64,000 nucleotides of DNA from Eledone cirrhosa (taxonomy: Eukaryota), in assembly GCA_964016885.1 (NCBI GenBank), contig OZ024742.1, positions 6,634,001 through 6,698,000 of the forward strand. The letters are read 5' to 3'. Both the position numbers and the translations under genes were made by a program. Positions 13,201 through 27,550 of the stretch are shown in pieces; the stretch's first letter is position 1, and each line of letters opens with the position of its first letter. The notes below the pieces were generated by a model. The model had not been told where the DNA came from. It did not search any database and saw nothing but the letters and a program-made list of their open reading frames with translations.

Positions 13201-16091
13201 AATTGTCGTAGGTGGTGTTGTAAGGACTGTGATGTGATATAGCTGCAAGGAGAGGAAGTGGAAGGACCTTTAAATAGTATAAAGTGTCGTGGGTGGTGTT
13301 GTAAGGACTGTGAGGTGATATAGCTGTAAGGAGAGGAAGTGAAAGGACCTTTAAATAGTATAAAGTGTCGTGGGTGGTGTTGTAAGGACTGTGAGGTGAT
13401 ATAGCTGTAAGGAGCGTAATTGGAAGGACCTTTATATAGTATAAAGTGTCGTGGGTGGTGTTGTAACGACTGTGATGTGATATAGCTGTAAGGAGAGGAA
13501 GTGGAAGAACATTTATATAGTATAAAGTGTCGTGGGTGGTGTTGTAAGGACTGTGAGGTGATATAGCTGCAAGGAGAGGAAGTGGAAGGACCATTATATA
13601 GTATAAAGTGTCGTGGGTGGTGTTGTAAAGACTGTGAGGTGATATAGCTGTAAGGAGAGGAAGTGGAAGGAACTTTATATAGTATAAAGTGTCGTGGGTG
13701 GTGTTGTAAGGACTGTGAGGTGATATAGTTGTAAGGAGAGGTAGTGGAAGGAACTTTATATAGTATGAAGTGTCGTGGGTCGTGTTGTAAGGACTGTGAT
13801 GTGATATAGCTGCAAGGAGAGGAAGTGGAAGGACCTTTATATAGTATAAATTGTCGTAGTTGGTGTTGTAAGGACTGTGATGTGATATAGCTGCAAGGAG
13901 AGGAAGTGGAAGGACCTTTAAATAGTATAAAGTGTCGTGGGTGGTGTTGTAAGGACTGTGAGGTGATATAGCTGTAAGGAGAGGAAGTGAAAGGACCTTT
14001 AAATAGTATAAAGTGTCGTGGGTGGTGTTGTAAGGACTGTGAGGTGATATAGCTGGAAGGAGAGGAAGTGGAAGGAACTTTATATAGTATAAAGTGTCGT
14101 GGGTGGTGTTGGAAGGACTGTGAGGTGATATAGCTGTAAGGAGGGGAAGTGGAAGGATCTTTATATAGTATAAAGTGTCGTGGGTGGTGTTGGAAGGACT
14201 GTGAGGTGATATAGCTGTAAGGAGAGGAAGTGGAAGGTCATTTATATAGTATAAAGTGTCGTGGGTGTGGTTGTAAGGACTGTGAGGTGATATAGCTGCA
14301 AGGAGAGGAAGTGGAAGGATCATTATATAGTATAACGTGTCGTGGGTCGTGTTGTAAAGACTGTGATGTGATATAGCTGTAAGGAGAGTAAGTGGAAGGA
14401 CCTTTATACAGTATAAAGTATCGTGGGTGGTGTTGTAAGGACTGTGAGGTGATATAGCTGTAAGGAGAGGAAGTGGAAGGAACTTTATACAGTATAAAGT
14501 GTCGTGGGTGGTGTTGTAAGGACTGTGATGTGATATAGCTGTAAGGAGAGCAAGTGAAAGGAACTTTATATAGTAAAAAGTGTCGTGGGTGGCGTTGTAA
14601 GGTCTGTGAGGTGATATAGCTGAAAGGAGAGGAAATGAAAGGACCCTTATATTGTATAAAGTGTCGAGGGTTGCTTTGTAAGGACTGTGATGTGATATAG
14701 CTGAAAGGAGAGGAAGTGGAAGGACATTTATACAGTATAAAGTGTCGTGGGTGGTGTTGTAAGGACTGTGAGGTGATATAGCTGTAAGGACAGGAAGTGG
14801 AAGGATCTCTATATAGTATAAAGTGTCGTGGGTGGTGTTGTAAGGACTGTGAGGTGATATAGCTGAAAGGAGAGGAAATGAAAGGAACTTTATATAGTAA
14901 AAAGTGTCGTGGGTGGTGTTGTAAGGACTGTGAGGTGATATAGCTGTAAGGAGAGGAAGTGGAAGGACCTTTATACAGTAAAAAGTGTCGTGGGTGGTGT
15001 TGTAAAGACTGTGAGGTGATATAGCTGTAAGGAGAGGAAGTGGAAGGACCTTTATATGGTATAAAGTGTCGTGGGTGTTGTTGTAAGGACTGTGATGTGA
15101 TATAGCTGTAAGGAGAGGAAGTGGAAGGACCTTTATACAGTACAAAGTGTCGTGGGTGGTGTTGTAAAGACTGTGAGGTGATATAGCTGTAAGGAGAGGA
15201 AGTGGAAGGACCTTTATATAGTATAAAGTGTCGTGGGTGGTGTTGTAAGGACTGTGATGTGATATAGCTGTAAGGAGAGGAAGTGGAAGGACCTTTATAC
15301 AGTATAAAGTGTCGTGGGTGGTGTTGTAAAGACTGTGAGGTGATATAGCTGTAAGGAGAGGAAGTGGAAGGACCTTTATATAGTATAAAGTGTCGTGGGT
15401 GGTGTTGTAAGGATTGTGATGTGATATAGCTGTAAGGTGAGGAAGTGGAAGGACCTTTATACAGTATAAAGTGTCGTGGGTGGTGTTGTAAGGACTGTGA
15501 GGTGATATAGCTGTAAGGAGAGGAAGTGGAAGGACCTTTATATTGTATAAAGTGTTGTGAGTGGTGTTGTAAGGACTGTGAGGTGATATAACTGAAAGGA
15601 GAGGAAGTGGAAGGACCTTTATATAGTATAAAGTGTCGTGGGTGGTGTTGTAAGGACTGTGAGGTGATATAGCTGTAAGGAGCGGAAGTGGAAGGACATT
15701 TATATGGTATAAAGTGTCGTGGGTGTTGTTGTAAGGACGGTGAGGTGATATAGCTGTAAGGAGAGGAAGTGGAAGGACCTTTATATAGTATAAAGTGTCG
15801 TGGGTGGTGTTGTAAAGACTGTGAGGTGATATAGCTGTAAGGAGAGGAAGTGGAAGGACCTTTATATAGTATAAAGTGTCGTGGGTGGTGTTGTAAGGAC
15901 TGTGATGTGATATAGCTGTAAGGAGAGGAAGTGGAAGAAACTTTATATAGTATAAAGTGTCGTGGGTCATGTTGTAAGGACTGTGATGTGATATAGCTGC
16001 AAGGAGAGGAAGTGGAAGGACCTTTATATAGTATAAATTGTCGTAGGTGGTGTTGTAAGGACTGTGATGTGATATAGCTGTAAGGAGAGGA
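10260..16091 (+). repeat. Tandem block duplication, period 2916 bp (36 monomers)
   Basis: Rare variants recur at a 2916-bp offset: the taattgg of ggagcgtaattgg at 10501/13417, and agggttgcttt at 11751/14667. Block edges are approximate. Confidence 0.88.
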
Positions 16092-19000
16092 AGTGGAAGG
16101 TCATTTATATAGTATAAAGTGTCGTGGGTGGTGTTGTTAGGACTGTGAGGTGATATAGCTGCAAGGAGAGGAAGTGGAAGGATCATTATATAGTATAACG
16201 TGTCGTGGGTCGTGTTGTAAAGACTGTGAGGTGATATAGCTGTAAGGAGAGGAAGTGGAATGACCTTTATATTGTATGAAGTGTCGTGGGTGGTGTTGTA
16301 AGGACTGTGATGTGATTTAGCTGTAAGGAGAGGAAGTGGAAGGACCGTTATATAGTATAAAGTGTCGTGGGTGGTGATGTAAGGACTGTGAGGTGATATA
16401 GCTGTAAGGAGCGTAATTGGAAGGACCTTTATATAGTATAAAGTGTCGTGGGTGGTGTTGTAAGGACTGTGATGTGATATAGCTGTAAGGAGAGGAAATG
16501 GAAGAACATTTATATAGTATAAAGTGTCGTGGGTGGTGTTGTAAGGACTGTGAGGTGATATAGCTGCAAGGAGAGGAAGTGGAAGGACCATTATATAGTA
16601 TAAAGTGTCGTGGGTGGTGTTGTAAAGACTGTGAGGTGATATAGCTGTAAGGAGAGGAAGTGGAAGGAACTTTATATAGTATAAAGTGTCGTGGGTGGTG
16701 TTGTAAGGACTGTGAGGTGATATAGTTGTAAGGAGAGGTAGTGGAAGGAACTTTATATAGTATGAAGTGTCGTGGGTCGTGTTGTAAGGACTGTGATGTG
16801 ATATAGCTGCAAGGAGAGGAAGTGGAAGGACCTTTATATAGTATAAATTGTCGTAGGTGGTGTTGTAAGGACTGTGATGTGATATAGCTGCAAGGAGAGG
16901 AAGTGGAAGGACCTTTAAATAGTATAAAGTGTCGTGGGTGGTGTTGTAAGGACTGTGAGGTGATATAGCTGGAAGGAGAGGAAGTGGAAGGAACTTTATA
17001 TAGTATAAAGTGTCGTGGGTGGTGTTGGAAGGACTGTGAGGTGATATAGCTGTAAGGAGAGGAAGTGGAAGGACCTTTATATAGTATAAAGTTATCGTGG
17101 GTGGTGTTGGAAGGACTGTGAGGTGATATAGCTGTAAGGAGAGGAAGTGGAAGGTCATTTATATAGTATAAAGTGTCGTGGGTGTGGTTGTAAGGACTGT
17201 GAGGTGATATAGCTGCAAGGAGAGGAAGTGGAAGGATCATTATATAGTATAACGTGTCGTGGGTCGTGTTGTAAAGACTGTGAGGTGATATAGCTGTAAG
17301 GAGAGGAAGTGGAAGGAACTTTATATAGTATAAAGTGTCGTGGGTGGGGTTGTATGGACTGTGATGTGATATAGTTGTAAGGAGAGGAAGTGGAAGGATC
17401 TTTGTATTGTATAAAGTGTCGTGGATGGTGTTGAAAGGACTGTGATGTGATATAGCTGTAAGGAGAGGAAGTGGAAGGACCTTTATACAGTATAAAGTGT
17501 CGTGGGTGGTGTTGTAAGGACTGTGAGGTGATATAGCTGTAAGGAGAGGAAGTGGAAGGAACTTTATACAGTATAAAGTGTCGTGGGTGGTGTTGTAAAG
17601 ACTGTGAGGTGATATAGCTGTAAGGAGAGGAAGTGGAAGGACCTTTATATAGTATAAAGTGTCGTGGGTGGTGTTGTAAGGACTGTGATGTGATATAGCT
17701 GTAAGGAGAGGAAGTGGAAGGACCTTTATACAGTATAAAGTATCGTGGGTGGTGTTGTAAGGACTGTGAGGTGATATAGCTGTAAGGAGAGGAAGTGGAA
17801 GGAACTTTATACAGTATAAAGTGTCGTGGGTGGTGTTGTAAAGACTGTGAGGTGATATAGCTGTAAGGAGAGGAAGTGGAAGGACCTTTATATAGTATAA
17901 AGTGTCGTGGGTGGTGTTGTAAGGACTGTGATGTGATATAGCTGTAAGGAGAGGAAGTGGAAGAAACTTTATATAGTATAAAGTGTCGTGGGTCATGTTG
18001 TAAGGACTGTGATGTGATATAGCTGCAAGGAGAGGAAGTGGAAGGACCTTTATATAGTATAAATTGTCGTAGGTGGTGTTGTAAGGACTGTGATGTGATA
18101 TAGCTGTAAGGAGAGGAAGTGGAAGGTCATTTATATAGTATAAAGTGTCGTGGGTGGTGTTGTTAGGACTGTGAGGTGATATAGCTGCAAGGAGAGGAAG
18201 TGGAAGGATCATTATATAGTATAACGTGTCGTGGGTCGTGTTGTAAGGGCTGTGAGGTGATATAGCTGTAAGGAGAGGAAGTGGAATGACCTTTATATTG
18301 TATGAAGTGTCGTGGGTGGTGTTGTAAGGACTGTGATGTGATTTAGCTGTAAGGAGAGGAAGTGGAAGGACCTTTATATAGTATAAAGTGTCGTGGGTGG
18401 TGATGTAAGGACTGTGAGGTGATATAGCTGTAAGGAGCGTAATTGGAAGGACCTTTATATAGTATAAAGTGTCGTGGGTGGTGTTGTAAGGACTGTGATG
18501 TGATATAGCTGTAAGGAGAGGAAATGGAAGAACATTTATATAGTATAAAGTGTCGTGGGTGGTGTTGTAAGGACTGTGAGGTGATATAGCTGTAAGGAGA
18601 GGAAGTGGAATGACCTTTATATTGTATGAAGTGTCGTGGGTGGTGTTGTAAGGACTGTGATGTGATTTAGCTGTAAGGAGAGGAAGTGGAAGGACCATTA
18701 TATAGTATAAAGTGTCGTGGGTGGTGTTGTAAAGACTGTGAGGTGATATAGCTGTAAGGAGAGGAAGTGGAAGGAACTTTATATAGTATAAAGTGTCGTG
18801 GGTGGTGTTGTAAGGACTGTGAGGTGATATAGTTGTAAGGAGAGGTAGTGGAAGGAACTTTATATAGTATGAAGTGTCGTGGGTCGTGTTGTAAGGACTG
18901 TGATGTGATATAGCTGCAAGGAGAGGAAGTGGAAGGACCTTTATATAGTATAAATTGTCGTAGGTGGTGTTGTAAGGACTGTGATGTGATATATCTGCAA

Positions 19001-21744
19001 GGAGAGGAAGTGGAAGGACCTTTAAATAGTATAAAGTGTCGTGGGTGGTGTTGTAAGGACTGTGAGGTGATATAGCTGTAAGGAGAGGAAGTGAAAGGAC
19101 CTTTAAATAGTATAAAGTGTCGTGGGTGGTGTTGTAAGGACTGTGAGGTGATATAGCTGGAAGGAGAGGAAGTGGAAGGAACTTTATATAGTATAAAGTG
19201 TCGTGGGTGGTGTTGGAAGGACTGTGAGGTGATATAGCTGTAAGGAGAGGAAGTGGAAGGACCTTTATATAGTATAAAGTGTCGTGGGTGGTGTTGGAAG
19301 GACTGTGAGGTGATATAGCTGTAAGGAGAGGAAGTGGAAGGTCATTTATATAGTATAAAGTGTCGTGGGTGTGGTTGTAAGGACTGTGAGGTGATATAGC
19401 TGCAAGGAGAGGAAGTGGAAGGATCATTATATAGTATAACGTGTTGTGGGTCGTGTTGTAAAGACTGTGAGGTGATATAGCTGTAAGGAGAGGAAGTGGA
19501 AGGACCTTTATATAGTATAAAGTGTCGTGGGTGGGGTTGTATGGACTGTGATGTGATATAGTTGTAAGGAGAGGAAGTGGAAGGATCTTTGTATAGTATA
19601 AAGTGTCGTGGGTGGTGTTGTAAGGACTGTGAGGTGATATAGCTGTAAGGAGAGGAAGTGGAAGGACCTTTATATAGTATAAAGTGTCGTGGGTGGTGTT
19701 GTAAGGACTGTGAGGTGATATAGCTGAAAGGAGAGGAAATGAAAGGACCATTATATAGTATAAAGTGTCGTGGATGGTGTTGAAAGGACTGTGATGTGAT
19801 ATAGCTGTAAGGAGAGTAAGTGGAAGGACCTTTATACAGTATAAAGTATCGTGGGTGGTGTTGTAAGGTCTGTGAGGTGATATAGCTGTAAGGAGAGGGA
19901 GGAAGTGGAATGACCTTTCTATAGTATAAAGTGTCGTGGGTGGTGTTGTAAGGACTGTGATGTGATATAGCTGTAAGGAGAGCAAGTGAAAGGAACTTTA
20001 TATAGTAAAAAGTGTCGTGGGTGGTGTTGTAAGGACTGTGAGGTGATATAGCTGTAAGGAGAGGAAGTGGAAGGACCTTTATATAGTATAAAGTGTTTTG
20101 GGTGTTGTTGTAAGGACTGTGATGTGATATAGCTGTAAGGAGAGGAAGTGGAAGGACCTTTAAATAGTATAAAGTGTCGTGGGTGGTGTTGTAAGGACTG
20201 TGAGGTGATATAGCTGAAAGGAGAGGAAATGAAAGGACCCTTATATTGTATAAAGTGTCGAGGGTTGCTTTGTAAGGACTGTGATGTGATATAGCTGAAA
20301 GGAGAGGAAGTGGAAGGACGTTTATACAGTATAAAGTGTCGTGGGTGGTGTTGTAAGGACTGTGAGGTGATATAGCTGTAAGGACAGGAAGTGGAAGGAT
20401 CTCTATATAGTATAAAATGTCGAGGGTGGAGTTGTAAGGACTGTGATGTGATATAGCTGTAAGGAGAGGAAGTGGAAGGACCTTTATACAGTATAAGGTG
20501 TCGTGGGTGTTGTTGTAAGGACTGTGATGTGATATAGCTGTAAGGAGAGGAAGTGGAAGGACCTTTATACAGTACAAAGTGTCGTGGGTGGTGTTGTAAA
20601 GACTGTGAGGTGATATAGCTGTAAGGCGAGGAAGTGGAAGGACCTTTATATAGTATAAAGTGTCGTGGGTGGTGTTGTAAGGACTGTGATGTGATATAGC
20701 TGTAAGGAGAGGAAGTGGAAGGACCTTTATACAGTATAAAGTGTCGTGGGTGGTGTTGTAAAGACTGTGAGGTGATATAGCTGTAAGGAGAGGAAGTGGA
20801 AGGACCTTTATATAGTATAAAGTGTCGTGGGTGGTGTTGTAAGGATTGTGATGTGATATAGCTGTAAGGTGAGGAAGTGGAAGGACCTTTATACAGTATA
20901 AAGTGTCGTTGGTGGTGTTGTAAGGACTGTGAGGTGATATAGCTGGAAGGAGAGGAAGTGGAAGGAACTTTATATAGTATAAAGTGTCGTGGGTGGTGTT
21001 GGAAGGACTGTGAGGTGATATAGCTGTAAGGAGAGGAAGTGGAAGGACCTTTATATAGTATAAAGTGTCGTGGGTGGTGTTGTAAGGACTGTGATGTGAT
21101 ATAGCTGTAAGGAGAGGAAGTGGAAGAAACTTTATATAGTATAAAGTGTCGTGAGTGGTGTTGTAAGGACTGTGATGTGATATAACTGAAAGGAGAGGAA
21201 GTGAAAGGACCTTTATATAGTATAAAGTGTCGTGGGTGGTGTTGTAAGGACTGTGAGGTGATATAGCTGTAAGGAGAGGAAGTGGAAGGAACTTTATATA
21301 GTATAAAGTGTCGTGGGTGGAGTTGTAAGGACTGTGAGGTGATATAGCAGTAAGGAGAGGAAGTGGAAGGTCATTCATATAGTATAAAGTGTCGTGGGTG
21401 GTGTTGTTAGGACTGTGAGGTGATATAGCTGCAAGGAGAGGAAGTGGAAGAATCATTATATAGTATAACGTGTCGTGGGTCGTGTTGTAAAGACTGTGAG
21501 GTGATATAGCTGTAAGGAGAGGAAGTGGAATGACCTTTATATTGTATGAAGTGTCGTGGGTGGTGTTGTAAGGACTGTGATGTGATTTAGCTGTAAGGAG
21601 AGGAAGTGGAAGGACCTTTATATAGTATAAAGTGTCGTGGGTGGTGATGTAAGGACTGTGAGGTGATATAGCTGTAAGGAGAAGAAGTGGAAGGATCTTT
21701 ATATAGTATAAAATGTTGTGGGTGGTGTTGTAAGGACTGTGAGG

Positions 21745-24700
21745 TGATATAGCTGCAAGGAGAGTAAGTGGAAGGACGTTTATATAGTATAAATGTCGTG
21801 ATTGGTGTTGTAAGGAGTGTGAGGTGATATAGCTGCAAGGAGAGGAAGTGGAAGGACCTTTATATAGAATAAAGTGTCGTGGGTGTTGTTGTAAGGACTG
21901 TGAGGTGATATCGCTGCAAGGAGAGGAAGTGGAAGGACATTTTTACAGTATAAAGTGTCGTGGGTTTTGTGGTAAGGACAGTGAGGTGATATAGATGCAA
22001 GGAGAGGAAGTGGAAGGACCTTTATATAGTATAAAGTGTCGTGGATGGTGTTGTAAGGACTGTGAGGTGATATAGCTGTAAGGAGAGGAAGTGGAAGGAC
22101 CTTTATATTGTATAAAGTGTTGTGAGTGGTGTTGTAAGGACTGTGAGGTAATATAACTGAAAGGAGAGGAAGTGGAAGGACCTTTATATAGTATAAAGTG
22201 TCGTGGGTGGTGTTGTAAGGACTGTGAGGTGATATAGCTGTAAGGAGCGGAAGTGGAAGGACATTTATATGGTATAAAGTGTCGTGGGTGTTGTTGTAAG
22301 GACTGTGAGGTGATATAGCTGTAAGGAGAGGAAGTGGAAGGACCTTTATATAGTATAAAGTGTCGTGGGTGGTGTTGTAAAGACTGTGAGGTGATATAGC
22401 TGTAAGGAGAGGAAGTGGAAGGACCTTTATATAGTATAAAGTGTCGTGGGTGGTGTTGTAAGGACTGTGATGTGATATAGCTGTAAGGAGAGGAAGTGGA
22501 AGAAACTTTATATAGTATGAAGTGTCGTGGGTCATGTTGTAAGGACTGTGATGTGATATAGCTGCAAGGAGAGGAAGTGGAAGGACCTTTATATAGTATA
22601 AATTGTCGTAGGTGGTGTTGTAAGGAATGTGATGTGATATAGCTGCAAGGAGAGGAAGTGGAAGGACCTTTAAATAGTATAAAGTGTCGTGGGTGGTGTT
22701 GTAAGGACTGTGAGGTGATATAGCTGTAAGGAGAGGAAGTGAAAGGACCTTTAAATAGTATAAAGTGTCGTGGGTGGTGTTGTAAGGACTGTGAGGTGAT
22801 ATAGCTGTAAGGAGCGTAATTGGAAGGACCTTTATATAGTATAAATTGTCGTGGGTGGTGTTGTAACGACTGTGATGTGATATAGCTGTAAGGAGAGGAA
22901 GTGGAAGAACATTTATATAGTATAAAGTGTCGTGGGTGGTGTTGTAAGGACTGTGAGGTGATATAGCTGCAAGGAGAGGAAGTGGAAGGACCATTATATA
23001 GTATAAAGTGTCGTGGGTGGTGTTGTAAAGACTGTGAGGTGATATAGCTGTAAGGAGAGGAAGTGGAAGGAACTTTATATAGTATAAAGTGTCGTGGGTG
23101 GTGTTGTAAGGACTGTGAGGTGATATAGTTGTAAGGACAGGTAGTGGAAGGAACTTTATATAGTATGAAGTGTCGTGGGTCGTGTTGTAAGGACTGTGAT
23201 GTGATATAGCTGCAAGGAGAGGAAGTGGAAGGACCTTTATATAGTATAAATTGTCGTAGGTGATGTTGTAAGGACTGTGATGTGATATAGCTGCAAGGAG
23301 AGGAAGTGGAAGGAACTTTAAATAGTATAAAGTGTCGTGGGTGGTGTTGTAAGGACTGTGAGGTGATATAGCTGTAAGGAGAGGAAGTGAAAGGACCGTT
23401 AAATAGTATAAAGTGTCGTGGGTGGTGTTGTAAGGACTGTGAGGTGATATAGCTGGAAGGAGAGGAAGTGGAAGGAACTTTATATAGTATAAAGTGTCGT
23501 GGGTGGTGTTGGAAGGACTGTGAGGTGATATAGCTGTAAGGAGAGGAAGTGGAAGGACCTTTATATAGTATAAAGTGTCGTGGGTGGTGTTGTAAGGACT
23601 GTGATGTGATATAGCTGTAAGGAGAGGAAGTGGAAGAAACTTTATATAGTATAAAGTGTCGTGAGTGGTGTTGTAAGGACTGTGATGTGATATAACTGAA
23701 AGGAGAGGAAGTGAAAGGACCTTTATATAGTATAAAGTGTCGTGGGTGGTGTTGTAAGGACTGTGAGGTGATATAGCTGTAAGGAGAGGAAGTGGAAGGA
23801 ACTTTATATAGTATAAAGTGCCGTGGGTGGAGTTGTAAGGACTGTGAGGTGATATAGCAGTAAGGAGAGGAAGTGGAATGTCATTTATATAGTATAAAGT
23901 GTCGTGGGTGGTGTTGTTAGGACTGTGAGGTGATATAGCTGCAAGGAGAGGAAGTGGAAGGATCATTATATAGTATAACGTGTCGTGGGTCGTGTTGTAA
24001 AGACTGTGAGGTGATATAGCTGTAAGGAGAGGAAGTGGAATGACCTTTATATTGTATGAAGTGTCGTGGGTGGTGTTGTAAGGACTGTGATGTGATTTAG
24101 CTGTAAGGAGAGGAAGTGGAAGGACCTTTATATAGTATAAAGTGTCGTGGGTGGTGATGTAAGGACTGTGAGGTGATATAGCTGTAAGGAGAAGAAGTGG
24201 AAGGACCTTTATATAGTATAAAATGTTGTGGGTGGTGTTGTAAGGACTGTGAGGTGATATAGCTGCAAGGAGAGGAAGTGGAAGGACCTTTATATAGTAT
24301 AAAGTGTCGTGATTGGTGTTGTAAGGACTGTGAGGTGATATAGCTGCAAGGAGAGGAAGTGGAAGGACCTTTATATAGAATAAAGTGTCGTGGGTGTTGT
24401 TGTAAGGACTGTGAGGTGATATCGCTGCAAGGAGAGGAAGTGGAAGGACATTTTTACAGTATAAAGTGTCGTGGGTTTTGTGTGAAGGACAGTGAGTTGA
24501 TATAGATGCAAGGAGAGGAAGTGGAAGGACCTTTATATAGTATAAAGTGCTGTGGGTGGTGTTGTAAAGACTGTGATGTGATATAGCTGTAAGGAGAGGA
24601 AGTGGAAGGACCTTTAAATAGTATAAAGTGTCGTGGGTGGTGTTGTAAGGACTGTGAGGTGATATAGCTGCAAGGAGAGTAAGTGGAAGGACGTTTATAT

Positions 24701-27550
24701 AGTATAAATGTCGTGATTGGTGTTGTAAGGAGTGTGAGGTGATATAGCTGCAAGGAGAGGAAGTGGAAGGACCTTTATATAGAATAAAGTGTCGTGGGTG
24801 TTGTTGTAAGGACTGTGAGGTGATATCGCTGCAAGGAGAGGAAGTGGAAGGACATTTTTACAGTATAAAGTGTCGTGGGTTTTGTGGTAAGGACAGTGAG
24901 GTGATATAGATGCAAGGAGAGGAAGTGGAAGGACCTTTATATAGTATAAAGTGTCGTGGATGGTGTTGTAAGGACTGTGAGGTGATATAGCTGTAAGGAG
25001 AGGAAGTGGAAGGACCTTTATATTGTATAAAGTGTTGTGAGTGGTGTTGTAAGGACTGTGAGGTAATATAACTGAAAGGAGAGGAAGTGGAAGGACCTTT
25101 ATATAGTATAAAGTGTCGTGGGTGGTGTTGTAAGGACTGTGAGGTGATATAGCTGTAAGGAGCGGAAGTGGAAGGACATTTATATGGTATAAAGTGTCGT
25201 GGGTGTTGTTGTAAGGACTGTGAGGTGATATAGCTGTAAGGAGAGGAAGTGGAAGGACCTTTATATAGTATAAAGTGTCGTGGGTGGTGTTGTAAAGACT
25301 GTGAGGTGATATAGCTGTAAGGAGAGGAAGTGGAAGGACCTTTATATAGTATAAAGTGTCGTGGGTGGTGTTGTAAGGACTGTGATGTGATATAGCTGTA
25401 AGGAGAGGAAGTGGAAGAAACTTTATATAGTATGAAGTGTCGTGGGTCATGTTGTAAGGACTGTGATGTGATATAGCTGCAAGGAGAGGAAGTGGAAGGA
25501 CCTTTATATAGTATAAATTGTCGTAGGTGGTGTTGTAAGGAATGTGATGTGATATAGCTGCAAGGAGAGGAAGTGGAAGGACCTTTAAATAGTATAAAGT
25601 GTCGTGGGTGGTGTTGTAAGGACTGTGAGGTGATATAGCTGTAAGGAGAGGAAGTGAAAGGACCTTTAAATAGTATAAAGTGTCGTGGGTGGTGTTGTAA
25701 GGACTGTGAGGTGATATAGCTGTAAGGAGCGTAATTGGAAGGACCTTTATATAGTATAAATTGTCGTGGGTGGTGTTGTAACGACTGTGATGTGATATAG
25801 CTGTAAGGAGAGGAAGTGGAAGAACATTTATATAGTATAAAGTGTCGTGGGTGGTGTTGTAAGGACTGTGAGGTGATATAGCTGCAAGGAGAGGAAGTGG
25901 AAGGACCATTATATAGTATAAAGTGTCGTGGGTGGTGTTGTAAAGACTGTGAGGTGATATAGCTGTAAGGAGAGGAAGTGGAAGGAACTTTATATAGTAT
26001 AAAGTGTCGTGGGTGGTGTTGTAAGGACTGTGAGGTGATATAGTTGTAAGGACAGGTAGTGGAAGGAACTTTATATAGTATGAAGTGTCGTGGGTCGTGT
26101 TGTAAGGACTGTGATGTGATATAGCTGCAAGGAGAGGAAGTGGAAGGACCTTTATATAGTATAAATTGTCGTAGGTGATGTTGTAAGGACTGTGATGTGA
26201 TATAGCTGCAAGGAGAGGAAGTGGAAGGAACTTTAAATAGTATAAAGTGTCGTGGGTGGTGTTGTAAGGACTGTGAGGTGATATAGCTGTAAGGAGAGGA
26301 AGTGAAAGGACCGTTAAATAGTATAAAGTGTCGTGGGTGGTGTTGTAAGGACTGTGAGGTGATATAGCTGGAAGGAGAGGAAGTGGAAGGAACTTTATAT
26401 AGTATAAAGTGTCGTGGGTGGTGTTGGAAGGACTGTGAGGTGATATAGCTGTAAGGAGAGGAAGTGGAAGGACCTTTATATAGTATAAAGTGTCGTGGGT
26501 GGTGTTGTAAGGACTGTGATGTGATATAGCTGTAAGGAGAGGAAGTGGAAGAAACTTTATATAGTATAAAGTGTCGTGAGTGGTGTTGTAAGGACTGTGA
26601 TGTGATATAACTGAAAGGAGAGGAAGTGAAAGGACCTTTATATAGTATAAAGTGTCGTGGGTGGTGTTGTAAGGACTGTGAGGTGATATAGCTGTAAGGA
26701 GAGGAAGTGGAAGGAACTTTATATAGTATAAAGTGCCGTGGGTGGAGTTGTAAGGACTGTGAGGTGATATAGCAGTAAGGAGAGGAAGTGGAATGTCATT
26801 TATATAGTATAAAGTGTCGTGGGTGGTGTTGTTAGGACTGTGAGGTGATATAGCTGCAAGGAGAGGAAGTGGAAGGATCATTATATAGTATAACGTGTCG
26901 TGGGTCGTGTTGTAAAGACTGTGAGGTGATATAGCTGTAAGGAGAGGAAGTGGAATGACCTTTATATTGTATGAAGTGTCGTGGGTGGTGTTGTAAGGAC
27001 TGTGATGTGATTTAGCTGTAAGGAGAGGAAGTGGAAGGACCTTTATATAGTATAAAGTGTCGTGGGTGGTGATGTAAGGACTGTGAGGTGATATAGCTGT
27101 AAGGAGAAGAAGTGGAAGGACCTTTATATAGTATAAAATGTTGTGGGTGGTGTTGTAAGGACTGTGAGGTGATATAGCTGCAAGGAGAGGAAGTGGAAGG
27201 ACCTTTATATAGTATAAAGTGTCGTGATTGGTGTTGTAAGGACTGTGAGGTGATATAGCTGCAAGGAGAGGAAGTGGAAGGACCTTTATATAGAATAAAG
27301 TGTCGTGGGTGTTGTTGTAAGGACTGTGAGGTGATATCGCTGCAAGGAGAGGAAGTGGAAGGACATTTTTACAGTATAAAGTGTCGTGGGTTTTGTGGTA
27401 AGGACAGTGAGTTGATATAGATGCAAGGAGAGGAAGTGGAAGGACCTTTATATAGTATAAAGTGCTGTGGGTGGTGTTGTAAAGACTGTGATGTGATATA
27501 GCTGTAAGGAGAGGAAGTGGAAGGACCTTTAAATAGTATAAAGTGTCGTG
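21745..27550 (+). repeat. Tandem block duplication, period 2915 bp (36 monomers, one with a 1-bp deletion)
   Basis: acgtttatatagtataaatgtcgtgattgg at 21776 and 24691. ORF ends at 21780 and 24695 are also offset by 2915. Block edges are approximate. Confidence 0.88.
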
